From NCBI GenBank assembly GCA_947591505.1, contig CANQDM010000003.1, positions 1 to 39,733 of the forward strand: a stretch of 39,733 bases of DNA. Reading direction: 5' to 3'. Every line of letters begins with the position of its first letter. Within the stretch, counting starts at the first letter, position 1. A program made the translations under genes and the position numbers. The DNA is from an uncultured Bacilli bacterium (lineage in GTDB: Bacteria; Bacillota_I; Bacilli_A; RF39; UBA660). The notes under the pieces were generated by a model. That model was not told where the DNA came from. It did not search any database and saw only the letters and a list, made by a program, of their open reading frames with translations. Shown here one piece after another: positions 8,851-17,974 of this stretch.

Positions 8851-9610
8851 AATAAAAATTAATAGCTATACTTACTTTTTCATTTTTATTTGTCTTATCT
8901 GTGGTTATATTAAAAATATTAGTATAATATTTGCTATCTGCTTAATTCATGAACTTGGACATATAATAATTACGAAAATATTTAATTATGAAATAGTTAA
9001 AATAGAAATACTTCCTTTTGGGGGATATACCACGATTAATAAAAAAATAAATAGTAATATAAATCATGATTTATTAATTGCTTGTGGTGGTTTTATATCC
9101 CAATCTATTTTATTATTATTTGTTTATTTATTTAGAAATCATTTTAATATTTTAACTTATCATTTAATTATTGAATATAATTTAATTCTTATTATTTTTA
9201 ATATGTTACCAATAATTCCCCTAGATGGCAGTAGAATTCTAGAACTATTATTAGAAAAATATTTTTCATATCATAAATCTTATCATTTAATTATTTATAT
9301 ATCTATTATTAGTATAATTTTATTTTTATTTATTAATTATCATTATAAGTTAGATAATTACTTTATTATTACATTTCTTATCTATAATACCATTATTTAT
9401 TATATTAATTATAAATATATGCAAAAGAGATTTTTACTAGAAAGATATCTATATGATTTAAGTTATCAAAGAATAGATAATAAAACAAAGAATATCAAAG
9501 ATTTAAAGAAAAATGTTTATCATTATTTTAAAGAGAATAATCATTATGTGAGTGAAAAGAATAAAATAAGAGAATCTCTTTATTTAAAGGACAAAACAAT
9601 TGACAAATAA
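8831..9610 (+). CDS. spoIVFB: SpoIVFB-like site-2 (M50) intramembrane metalloprotease
   Basis: HELGH, LPFGG, NMLPIIPLDG; synteny. Confidence 0.8.
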   Translation: MKNILNKIKINSYTYFFIFICLICGYIKNISIIFAICLIHELGHIIITKIFNYEIVKIEILPFGGYTTINKKINSNINHDLLIACGGFISQSILLLFVYLFRNHFNILTYHLIIEYNLILIIFNMLPIIPLDGSRILELLLEKYFSYHKSYHLIIYISIISIILFLFINYHYKLDNYFIITFLIYNTIIYYINYKYMQKRFLLERYLYDLSYQRIDNKTKNIKDLKKNVYHYFKENNHYVSEKNKIRESLYLKDKTIDK

Positions 9611-9628
9611 CGTATTTTTTGCTAAAAT
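9600..9628 (+). promoter_or_regulatory. sigmaA promoter of the rplU operon
   Basis: TTGACA, 17 bp, TAAAAT with extended TG. Confidence 0.8.
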
Positions 9629-9635
9629 TTAAATG

Positions 9636-9712
9636 TTTTAAGTCATTTCGGAAAAAACCGCACTAAAAAGGTTAGAAGTTACATTAGTACACCTTAAGGG
9701 CGCGACTTAAAG
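9636..9712 (+). ncRNA. L21 ribosomal protein leader
   Basis: TTAAGTC/GACTTAA closing stem, CCGCAC, AAGGT/ACCTT inner stem; directly upstream of rplU. Confidence 0.7.
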
Positions 9713-9735
9713 AAAATATTATAAGGAGGTATGAA

Positions 9736-10035
9736 ATGAAAGCTGTATTTGTAACAGGTGGAAAACAATATTATGTATCTGAGGGCGACGTAATTTACGT
9801 TGAAAAACTTGCCACTGAAGTAGGAAGCACAGTTACATTTGATGAAGTTTTATTTGTTGATGGTGTAGCTGGTAATCCAACAGTTAAAGGTGCATCAGTT
9901 GAATGTAAGGTTGAAAAACAAGGAAAAGATAAAAAGATAATTGTTTTCAAATATAGACCTAAAAAGAAATATCGTAAAAAACAAGGACATCGTCAACCAT
10001 ATACAAAACTTGTTGTTACGAAAATTAATAAGTAA
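9736..10035 (+). CDS. rplU: 50S ribosomal protein L21
   Basis: [20 protein letters not shown]. Confidence 0.98.
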   Translation: MKAVFVTGGKQYYVSEGDVIYVEKLATEVGSTVTFDEVLFVDGVAGNPTVKGASVECKVEKQGKDKKIIVFKYRPKKKYRKKQGHRQPYTKLVVTKINK

Positions 10036-10037
10036 TT

Positions 10038-10331
10038 ATGATTAAAGTAAATTATAATGATAAGAGTATTAAAGTAAGTGGTCATGCTAACTATAATACT
10101 TATGGTAATGATATTGTTTGTGCTAGTGTATCAAGTATTATTTATACCACTATTAATGGTATATTAAATATTGATAACAATTCTATTAGTTATAAAGATG
10201 ATGAAATATTAGAAATAAATATTTTAAAGAATGATGATATAACTAAAAAACTAATTAGTAATATGCTTGATTTACTTAAAGATTTAGAAAAACAATATCC
10301 CAAAAATATAAAAATAGTAAAGGAGAATTAA
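10038..10331 (+). CDS. prp: Ribosomal-processing cysteine protease Prp (YsxB)
   Basis: SGHA...[10 protein letters not shown]; between rplU and rpmA. Confidence 0.93.
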   Translation: MIKVNYNDKSIKVSGHANYNTYGNDIVCASVSSIIYTTINGILNIDNNSISYKDDEILEINILKNDDITKKLISNMLDLLKDLEKQYPKNIKIVKEN

Positions 10332-10332
10332 G

Positions 10333-10617
10333 ATGTTATATATTAAGTTAGATATCCAAAGATTTGCCCATGTTAAAGCGCAAGGTTCTACAAGAAATGG
10401 TAGAGATTCTGCTGGCCGTAGACTTGGTGCTAAAGCTAGTGATGGGGAATTAGTTTCTGCTGGATCAATTTTATATCGTCAAAGAGGAACTAAGATTTAT
10501 CCCGGCACTAATGTTGGCATGGGTAAAGATCATACATTATTTAGTAAAATAAATGGTGTAGTTAAATTTGAAAGGCTCGGAAGAGATAAAAAGAAAGTAA
10601 GCGTTTACGAAGCATAG
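10333..10617 (+). CDS. rpmA: 50S ribosomal protein L27 with Prp-cleaved N-terminal extension
   Basis: LDIQRF|[17 protein letters not shown]. Confidence 0.98.
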   Translation: MLYIKLDIQRFAHVKAQGSTRNGRDSAGRRLGAKASDGELVSAGSILYRQRGTKIYPGTNVGMGKDHTLFSKINGVVKFERLGRDKKKVSVYEA

Positions 10618-10660
10618 TAAATGCTTTTTTTATTGAATAAAAAAAATTCCATAAATGGAA

Positions 10661-11299
10661 TTAATCATCAAATCTGGCATCGACATAATAAATAGGACGT
10701 CCTTCTTTAAAATATTGCTTTTCAAAATCAGTCATGATATTTTTAATTGGATTTTCATCATGATGTAAATCAAGACTAACCCTTTCAAATACATACCAAT
10801 ACTTGGACAAGCTTTCGAGTGAATAAGCAAATAAACCTTTATTATCAGTTTTTAAAATAATATGTTTATCCTTTTTAAAAATCTTATCATATAGTTTTAA
10901 GTAACTTTCATGTGTAAATCTATTTCTCTCATCTCTTCTTTTGGGCCAAGGCTCAGAAAACGTTAAATAAATTGTGGTAATTTCTTTACCAAAAATCTTA
11001 TCTATATCTCTGGCATCAGCATTAATAAGTTTTAAATTATTTAGTTTAGTATTTTGTAATCTTTCGGTAGCCATAACCATTTGGGATGCATATAATTCTA
11101 AACCAATAAAATTCTTATCAGGATATTCTTTAGCCATATTAATGATAAAATCACCACGACCCATCCCAAGTTCTAAACAAATAGGATTATTATTACCAAA
11201 TAAATCATGCCATTTATTTTTATATTTGGTTGGATTCTTAACTAAATAAGGACTTTTGGCAATAATTGTATCAGCATTTTTAATTACATTATATTCCAT
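10661..11299 (-). CDS. trmB: tRNA (guanine-N7)-methyltransferase
   Basis: LELGMGRGDF, FSEPWPKRR, LKTDN, MTDFE. Confidence 0.93.
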   Translation of the reverse strand: MEYNVIKNADTIIAKSPYLVKNPTKYKNKWHDLFGNNNPICLELGMGRGDFIINMAKEYPDKNFIGLELYASQMVMATERLQNTKLNNLKLINADARDIDKIFGKEITTIYLTFSEPWPKRRDERNRFTHESYLKLYDKIFKKDKHIILKTDNKGLFAYSLESLSKYWYVFERVSLDLHHDENPIKNIMTDFEKQYFKEGRPIYYVDARFDD

Positions 11300-11442
11300 A
11301 GAATCACTTCCTCGTATATTGTATCATAATTTTATAAAATAATTAACTAAATTACTAATGAATTATTTTCAATTTTAAATAAAAGTTTAATTTACTTATT
11401 AAAGTAAGCATGATATAATTAAAACGATAATAGGAGTTATGT

Positions 11443-12762
11443 GTGATGAAAAAGTTTTTAACTAGTTTAATTTTATTTATATTCTTATTAATGCCTAATG
11501 TAAGTAAAGCCGCAATTACATGTAGTACAGATAAGCATAGTGCTGAAGCTAGTATAAATAAAGAGAAAATAAAAATTGGTGAAACTGCTCAAATTGAAAT
11601 AAAAACTGAAGAAAAATATCAAGTAGAATACAAAATAGCTCCTAAAGATTTTGCAACTGTAAATAATACTGGTTTAGTTAAAGCAATTAAAGATGGTAGC
11701 ATTAAAATAAATTTAACTATTAATTATTTAACAGAAGAAGATGAAATTGATGATTCTTGTAAAGTATCTATTCCACTAGAAATTACTTCTAATGATTCAA
11801 GTTTAAAAAAATTAACAATAGAAGAATTTGATATTAGTTCAGTATTTAAAAGTAGCAAATTAGATTATGAAGTAAAATTGCCATACAAATTTGATAAAAT
11901 TAATATAATTGCTGAAGCTAATAGTGGTACGGCTAAAATTAGTGGCATTGGTAAAAGATATTTAAATGAAGGAAATAATAAATATGATATCATTGTAACT
12001 GCTTCCGATGGATCATCAACCACTTATAAAATTACTATCATAAGAGAAGCAGCAAATGATGATGCCACATTAAAAAATCTAGTTGTGGAAGGCTTATCTT
12101 TAAATCCTAAATTTAAAAGTGATATTTATAAATATAATATAGATGTTGCTAAAGATATAGACAAAATTGCAATTAAAGGTGAGCCAACTTATGAATTTGC
12201 TAAAATATATGGGATTGGTACATTTAGTTTAGCTACTGGTAATAATACTTATTATATTAAAGTGGTGGCTGAAAACGGAAATGAAACAAAATATGAATTG
12301 AACATTAATAAAACTTTAGGATCGAGTAAACTTACTAGTTTAGAAATCGATGGATATGATTTAAATCCTATATTTAACGATGAAATATATACCTATAATT
12401 TAACTGTTAAAAATGATGTCAATTCAATAAATATTAAAGCTTTAGCAAGTGATAATGATCAAGTTGAAATAATTGGTAATGAAAATTTAAAAGAAGGGGA
12501 AAATGAAATATTAATAAGTGTTACTAATAATGATAAAACAACTACTACTTATAAATTACTAGTAAATAAGTTGAGTAAAGAAAAAGAAACCACTATTAAA
12601 AAAAATAATACATTAATAAATATATTATTAATTATATTCATAATATCAATCATAATAATGGCAAGTTGTATATTTGTATTTGTTAAAAGAAATTATAAAA
12701 GCAAATTTGTGATAAATTTAAAGAAAAAGAAATCAAACGTGAAGAAAAAGAATAAAAGGTGA
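11443..12762 (+). CDS. Surface protein with three cadherin-like beta-sandwich repeats
   Basis: Signal peptide; repeats starting SSLKKLTIE / ATLKNLVVEG / SKLTSLEIDG, each ending in a V.A.DG....Y-type strand; C-terminal TM and Lys-rich tail. Confidence 0.8.
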   Translation: MMKKFLTSLILFIFLLMPNVSKAAITCSTDKHSAEASINKEKIKIGETAQIEIKTEEKYQVEYKIAPKDFATVNNTGLVKAIKDGSIKINLTINYLTEEDEIDDSCKVSIPLEITSNDSSLKKLTIEEFDISSVFKSSKLDYEVKLPYKFDKINIIAEANSGTAKISGIGKRYLNEGNNKYDIIVTASDGSSTTYKITIIREAANDDATLKNLVVEGLSLNPKFKSDIYKYNIDVAKDIDKIAIKGEPTYEFAKIYGIGTFSLATGNNTYYIKVVAENGNETKYELNINKTLGSSKLTSLEIDGYDLNPIFNDEIYTYNLTVKNDVNSINIKALASDNDQVEIIGNENLKEGENEILISVTNNDKTTTTYKLLVNKLSKEKETTIKKNNTLINILLIIFIISIIIMASCIFVFVKRNYKSKFVINLKKKKSNVKKKNKR

Positions 12763-12768
12763 TTTATA

Positions 12769-14535
12769 ATGTTTGGAAAAATACTTTATATAAGTGATAA
12801 TATTGCTCATGTTGAAAATAAAATGAGTAGAGAAGTAGTAGCAGATTTAATGAATGTTCATGTCATTTTTGAAGCGCAAAATCAAAGAATATTAGGTGAA
12901 GTTATTGAACTTAATGATGATGTCATTAAAATAAGATTTTTAGGCGAATACCAAGATAAAAAATACTTAAATGGTGTTTTGAGAAAGCCAGCGCTAAATT
13001 CTACTATTAGAGTTATAAATGGTGAAGAATTAATGGAACTAGTTGGTACTTATACAGATAAATCATTTATATTAGGTAATTCTGCTATATATAAAAATTT
13101 TAAAGTTTGTCCATCTGTTAATGGCTTATTTTCAAATCACTTAGCTATATTTGGTAACTCTGGTTCTGGTAAATCTTGTGGAGTAGCGAGAATTGTGCAA
13201 AATATATTTGCTAATAATGCGATGAATCCAGTTAATGCTAATCTATTTATTTTTGATGCTTATGGTGAATATAAAAATGCATTTTGTAAACTAAATGAAA
13301 TAAATCCTAATTATCAATATAAATTTATTACTACTAATCCAAAAGAAGAAGATGGGGATTTTTTGCTGGATATTCCGCTTCATCTACTGAATTTAGATGA
13401 CTGGGCGCTCCTTTTACAAGCATCAAATCACTCCCAACTACCTATAATTGAAAATACGATTAAACTTGCTAGAATCTTTAGCCAAGAAAACGAAGAGAGT
13501 AGAAGACTTAAAAATCACTTAATAGCTAAGGCCTTACTTGCAGTTTTGTTTAGTAGTGAAACTACTGCTAATAAGAAAAATGAAATATTCCAAATAATTG
13601 AAGTATGTAATACACCAGAATTTAATTTTAATTCTGAAATTCCAGGTGTAGGTTATACCCGAATATTTTCTGAATGTTTTGAAATAGATTCACATGGTAA
13701 TTTTGGCGAAAGTGTTTTAATTACTGATTACATTTTAAAACATATATTAGATGATACTGTTGAATTTCCAGAACCAGAAGGAGCATATTATACTTTAAGA
13801 GATTTTGCAAATGCGATGGAATTTACTTTAATTAGTGAAGGATTTCAAAATAATGATAATCTTTATAGTGATGCGATTATTTTAAAAGTTAGACTTAATA
13901 CTATTATGACTAGTAAAGTTGGAAGTTATTTTACTGGTAATAAATATATGCCAATAAATGAATATATAAGTAATTTAATTTATAAAAATGGGGTTAAATC
14001 GCAAATAATTAATATAAACTTAGAAGATATAGATGATGTCTATGCTAAAGTAATAGTTAAAATATTCTGTCGTTTAATGTTTGAATATTCTAAGAGTCTA
14101 GAACAAAGAGCGACAATTCCATTCCATTTATTTTTAGAAGAAGCCCATAGATATATTCAAAAAGATAATGATACCTTCTTAATCGGTTATAATATTTTTG
14201 ATCGTATTGCTAAAGAAGGTCGTAAATATGGCGTAATACTTGATATCATTAGTCAAAGACCGGTTGAAATATCCGATACCGTTATTGCCCAATGTTCAAA
14301 CTTCTTAATCTTTAAAATGACCCATCCATTAGATATTAAATATATTGAAGAGATGCTTCCTAATATTTCTAGTGATATAGTTGAAAAACAAAAAGTATTA
14401 CAACCAGGTACTTGTGTTGGTTTTGGCGGAGCCTTTAAAATACCCATGATCGTAAAACTTGATATGCCAAATCCAATGCCATATTCATCTAACTGTAATG
14501 TCTCAACTTGTTGGAGTGCTGCCAAAAGCAATTAA
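12769..14535 (+). CDS. HerA/FtsK-superfamily ATPase (DUF87)
   Basis: Walker A GNSGSGKS, FDAYGEY, Walker B LFLEEAH, KEGRKYG, SQRP; N-terminal HAS-barrel-like region. Confidence 0.88.
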   Translation: MFGKILYISDNIAHVENKMSREVVADLMNVHVIFEAQNQRILGEVIELNDDVIKIRFLGEYQDKKYLNGVLRKPALNSTIRVINGEELMELVGTYTDKSFILGNSAIYKNFKVCPSVNGLFSNHLAIFGNSGSGKSCGVARIVQNIFANNAMNPVNANLFIFDAYGEYKNAFCKLNEINPNYQYKFITTNPKEEDGDFLLDIPLHLLNLDDWALLLQASNHSQLPIIENTIKLARIFSQENEESRRLKNHLIAKALLAVLFSSETTANKKNEIFQIIEVCNTPEFNFNSEIPGVGYTRIFSECFEIDSHGNFGESVLITDYILKHILDDTVEFPEPEGAYYTLRDFANAMEFTLISEGFQNNDNLYSDAIILKVRLNTIMTSKVGSYFTGNKYMPINEYISNLIYKNGVKSQIININLEDIDDVYAKVIVKIFCRLMFEYSKSLEQRATIPFHLFLEEAHRYIQKDNDTFLIGYNIFDRIAKEGRKYGVILDIISQRPVEISDTVIAQCSNFLIFKMTHPLDIKYIEEMLPNISSDIVEKQKVLQPGTCVGFGGAFKIPMIVKLDMPNPMPYSSNCNVSTCWSAAKSN

Positions 14536-14549
14536 ATATTGCTTTTTTT
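14524..14549 (+). terminator. Intrinsic terminator after the HerA gene
   Basis: AAAAGCAAT/ATTGCTTTT stem followed by T-run. Confidence 0.7.
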
Positions 14550-14589
14550 ATTTCCATAATTTATAATAAATACTTGTAATTAGGAGGCT

Positions 14590-15201
14590 TTGGAAATGCT
14601 TTTATATAATATAGATAAAAAGAAAAAAGATAGTTTAAATAATTTAAATAAATTAGTTAAAGAAGAAAAAGATACTTGCCAAGAATATGCTTATATTTTA
14701 ACTGATGAATTCACAAAATGGTTTAACAATTTATTTTCCTTCACTAAATATCAAGATTGTGAGTTTTATCACTATGATAAAGCAAAAATATATAATTATG
14801 CCATTGTTTTATATGATGTTTTAAGTGACTATATAATTTTTCAAGAACAAAACGATGATAAAAAAACTGATTTAACTTATTCTATTAATAAAAACGTTAA
14901 AATAAATAATAATATTTATAATATGGTAATATCAAGTCCTATCCAATATTCACCTAATTCAGCAATAGTAGGACAAATTTATATTCATATATTAAATGAT
15001 GATGCAGAATATGATTTTACTTTACAAGATTTACAAAATTTTGTAATTGAACAAATAAATAATAGACAAAATAGTTTATTAATGATTATTAATGAAGTAG
15101 TAAAGCATTTAGAAGAAAATGGTTATAATAAAGAAGATATATTAAATGCTTTACAAATAGCTTATGCTACTGTAGCTAATGAAGAAATAAGGAAAAGATA
15201 A
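14590..15201 (+). CDS. Hypothetical protein
   Basis: 203-aa ORF with AGGAGG RBS; no motif recognised. Confidence 0.7.
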   Translation: MEMLLYNIDKKKKDSLNNLNKLVKEEKDTCQEYAYILTDEFTKWFNNLFSFTKYQDCEFYHYDKAKIYNYAIVLYDVLSDYIIFQEQNDDKKTDLTYSINKNVKINNNIYNMVISSPIQYSPNSAIVGQIYIHILNDDAEYDFTLQDLQNFVIEQINNRQNSLLMIINEVVKHLEENGYNKEDILNALQIAYATVANEEIRKR

Positions 15202-15632
15202 TGAATTTTGATGTAACAATATATAATGATTTTATTAATAATTTAGAATTACTTGCTAGTTATATAATTGATGATGGTACATATACTTATGGTAATTTTA
15301 TGCGTACGTTTACAAGTAATTCTCTAGATGAAAGTATAGATATTTTACATAATTTTATTAATATAGTAAAAAATTATTGTACTTTTACTGATTTTAAAAT
15401 TAATAATGGTAATGTATCTGACGAATATTACGAACATTTTCTTCTTTTATGGCAAGATAATTATTATGATATCAGAGTATTTCACAATATAAATAATAAA
15501 GAAACTCGTTATTTAATAAAATTATCTAAAAATGATAATTACCAATTTATACCAGTAATTAATATGGATAATGTCATAGCATTTACTATTAATTTAATTA
15601 AAATATTAAGTAATGATGAAAGAAAAAGATAG
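15201..15632 (+). CDS. Hypothetical protein
   Basis: 143-aa ORF coupled to the previous one (TAATG overlap). Confidence 0.7.
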   Translation: MNFDVTIYNDFINNLELLASYIIDDGTYTYGNFMRTFTSNSLDESIDILHNFINIVKNYCTFTDFKINNGNVSDEYYEHFLLLWQDNYYDIRVFHNINNKETRYLIKLSKNDNYQFIPVINMDNVIAFTINLIKILSNDERKR

Positions 15633-15694
15633 GAAAAGTGTCAAATTATAATAAATATATGTATTATTAAAAATATATATGGTATAATATAAGT

Positions 15695-15868
15695 ACCTAG
15701 AAAGGTAAGTTATTCATATAAAACCGACTATATAGATAAATTGGGGAACTAATTATCTCGTGGTGTTGAATGCCTGTTACATTGTAATGGGAATCCTAAT
15801 ACTTGATATGTGTTCTACCACCTGCAAGAGAGCGGGATTTTATCCAAGATAACTACCTCTAGGTTTTT
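15695..15868 (+). ncRNA. ssrS: 6S RNA
   Basis: Closing stem ACCTAGA..AGGTA.GTTAT / ATAACTACCTCTAGGT; CCACCTGC..GAGCGGG motif of Firmicutes 6S; extended -10 TGGTATAAT at 15680-15688; upstream of tcdA as for B. subtilis bsrA-yrvM. Confidence 0.85.
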
Positions 15869-15892
15869 TAATGGAAGTATGGTGGATGAATT

Positions 15893-16336
15893 ATGAAAAC
15901 TGTTGTAAACAAGCATATTGGCTGTTATGGGATAATTACTAAAGAAGATAAAATTGTTTTAATAAAAAAAGCCCGTGGAGGCTATAAAGGTAAATTAGAT
16001 CTTCCCGGTGGAGGAATAGAACACACTGAACTTCCAATTGAAACTTTAAAAAGAGAAATTATGGAAGAAGTTGGAGTAGATATAAAAAAAGTAAAATTAT
16101 TTGATGTAACTGCCACTAATATTAAATGGCAAGTATGTAATGATTTAAAAGAAGACTTACATCATATTGGTATATTATACTTAGTAGAGATTAACAATGA
16201 TAAATTAAAAGAGGATGCTGATGGACTTGATTCTGAAGGAGCTAATTGGTATGAAATTAATTCACTCAGAAAGAAAAATCTTTCACCATTTACTATCTAT
16301 GCTCTAGAAAAATTAAATTATAAAATAGGTGAGTAA
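15893..16336 (+). CDS. NUDIX hydrolase
   Basis: Nudix box GGGIEHTELPIETLKREIMEEVG. Confidence 0.92.
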   Translation: MKTVVNKHIGCYGIITKEDKIVLIKKARGGYKGKLDLPGGGIEHTELPIETLKREIMEEVGVDIKKVKLFDVTATNIKWQVCNDLKEDLHHIGILYLVEINNDKLKEDADGLDSEGANWYEINSLRKKNLSPFTIYALEKLNYKIGE

Positions 16337-16338
16337 TT

Positions 16339-17010
16339 ATGTATGAAAGAATAATTAATTTAATTGGGAAAGATAATTTTAAAAAAATTCAAAATGCTAA
16401 AATATTATTAGTAGGAGTTGGTGGAGTAGGCAGTTTTGTCTATACATCTCTAATTCGTAGTGGTTTTATAGACATCACTATAATTGACCATGATAAAGTA
16501 GAAATAACTAATTTAAATAGACAATTAGTGGCAGATTTATCTACAATAGATAAATCTAAAGTAGATGTAGCTAAAGATATGGCAACATTAATTAATAAAG
16601 ACATCAAAATTAAGGCTGTAGAGGCATTTTTAGATAAAGATAATATAAATAATCTAGATAAAGATTTTGACTTTATAATTGATGCTTGTGATAGTTTAAA
16701 TACCAAATTAGAACTAATTAAGTTTGCTTATCAAAATAATATTAAGATAATTAGTTCAATGGGAATGGGTAATAGAGTAGATGCATCTAAAATAAAAATA
16801 ACTACACTAGATAAAACTAATAATGATCCTTTAGCTAGAAATTTACGTAAATTAGTAAGAGATAACAATTTAAGTATGAAAATACCTGTTGTTTGTAGTG
16901 AAGAAATTCCAATTAAAAGAAAAGAAGTAAACTCAATGATTACTTCTCCAGGAATAGCAGGTCTATTAATAACCAACTATATTATCAATGAAATTATTAA
17001 GGCTTCTTAA
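16339..17010 (+). CDS. tcdA: tRNA threonylcarbamoyladenosine dehydratase (ThiF family)
   Basis: GVGGVG, TNLNRQ, IIDACD, SSMGMG, DPLAR, VVCSEE. Confidence 0.85.
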   Translation: MYERIINLIGKDNFKKIQNAKILLVGVGGVGSFVYTSLIRSGFIDITIIDHDKVEITNLNRQLVADLSTIDKSKVDVAKDMATLINKDIKIKAVEAFLDKDNINNLDKDFDFIIDACDSLNTKLELIKFAYQNNIKIISSMGMGNRVDASKIKITTLDKTNNDPLARNLRKLVRDNNLSMKIPVVCSEEIPIKRKEVNSMITSPGIAGLLITNYIINEIIKAS

Positions 17011-17974
17011 TTAAGAAAGTTACTAAATTTTCTGGTTTTTGTTTATGATCAATAATATTTTTAATTAGAGTTATAAGTGGAATATTTATTCCTTTTTTCT
17101 TTAGCATCTGATAAATAGAATTCAAAGTATAATATCCTTCTACGGTATTATTTTTTAAATATTCATCTATTTCTTTAGGATTTTTAGTGTTACCTACTAG
17201 ATAGCCAAAAGAATAATTGCGACTTTTTGGACTAGAACAAGTTAAAAGTAAATCACCAACTCCAGCAAAAGAAAGAATAGTCTTTTTTCTACCACCTAGG
17301 GCACTAATCATATTTTTCATATCATGTAGTGACTCATTAATTAAGAATACTTGCGTAGATTCAGAATAACCTAAACCTTTTAGAATACCTGCTGCTATAG
17401 CAATAATATTTTTAATACTACCACATAACTGAATACCTATAATGTCTTTAGATACTCTTAATTTTAAAGTATCATTTGCTAAGTTTTTCATAACAATATT
17501 AATAGTTTTTTTATTTAAACCAGCTATGGCTAGAGCAGCCGGTTCATTATGAATTAAGTCTATTGCAAAAGTAGGACCTGATATAACGCTTATATTTGTT
17601 GTTTTAAGCGTATTTTTAACAACATTTGATAAAGTATTAAGCGTATTATCATCAATCCCTTTAGAAGCAATACAAATAGGTGTATTATGATAATATGGTT
17701 TTATATCATTACAAATACTATATATATACTTAGCTGATGTAATTAAAAAGATTAAACCTGTATCTTTTAAGGCTTCTTCATAACTTGTGGTAATAGAAAT
17801 ATTATCACTTAAAGTAACATCGGGAAATATACTTTTAATTTGATGGATTTTTAAAAATTCTTCCTTATTTTCTTCCTTTTCCGTCCAAAGCATAATAGTA
17901 TTATCTTTTCTTTTAGCAAGCATACTCGCAATACCTAAACTATATGCTCCCGTTCCTATTACAGTTATTTTCAT
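16997..17974 (-). CDS. gpsA: NAD(P)H-dependent glycerol-3-phosphate dehydrogenase
   Basis: GTGAY, ASKGI, SGPTFA, KNIIAI, GVGDLLLTCSS..SRN, VEG. Confidence 0.95.
   Translation of the reverse strand: MKITVIGTGAYSLGIASMLAKRKDNTIMLWTEKEENKEEFLKIHQIKSIFPDVTLSDNISITTSYEEALKDTGLIFLITSAKYIYSICNDIKPYYHNTPICIASKGIDDNTLNTLSNVVKNTLKTTNISVISGPTFAIDLIHNEPAALAIAGLNKKTINIVMKNLANDTLKLRVSKDIIGIQLCGSIKNIIAIAAGILKGLGYSESTQVFLINESLHDMKNMISALGGRKKTILSFAGVGDLLLTCSSPKSRNYSFGYLVGNTKNPKEIDEYLKNNTVEGYYTLNSIYQMLKKKGINIPLITLIKNIIDHKQKPENLVTFLIKKP

Noticed and set aside
11443-15632. Known HerA defence system (Sir2-HerA, NurA-HerA)
   Set aside because: No Sir2, NurA or nuclease motif in the neighbours, and a terminator follows the HerA gene
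16997-17010. 14-bp convergent overlap of tcdA and gpsA as a regulatory feature
   Set aside because: Common in compact genomes; no further evidence
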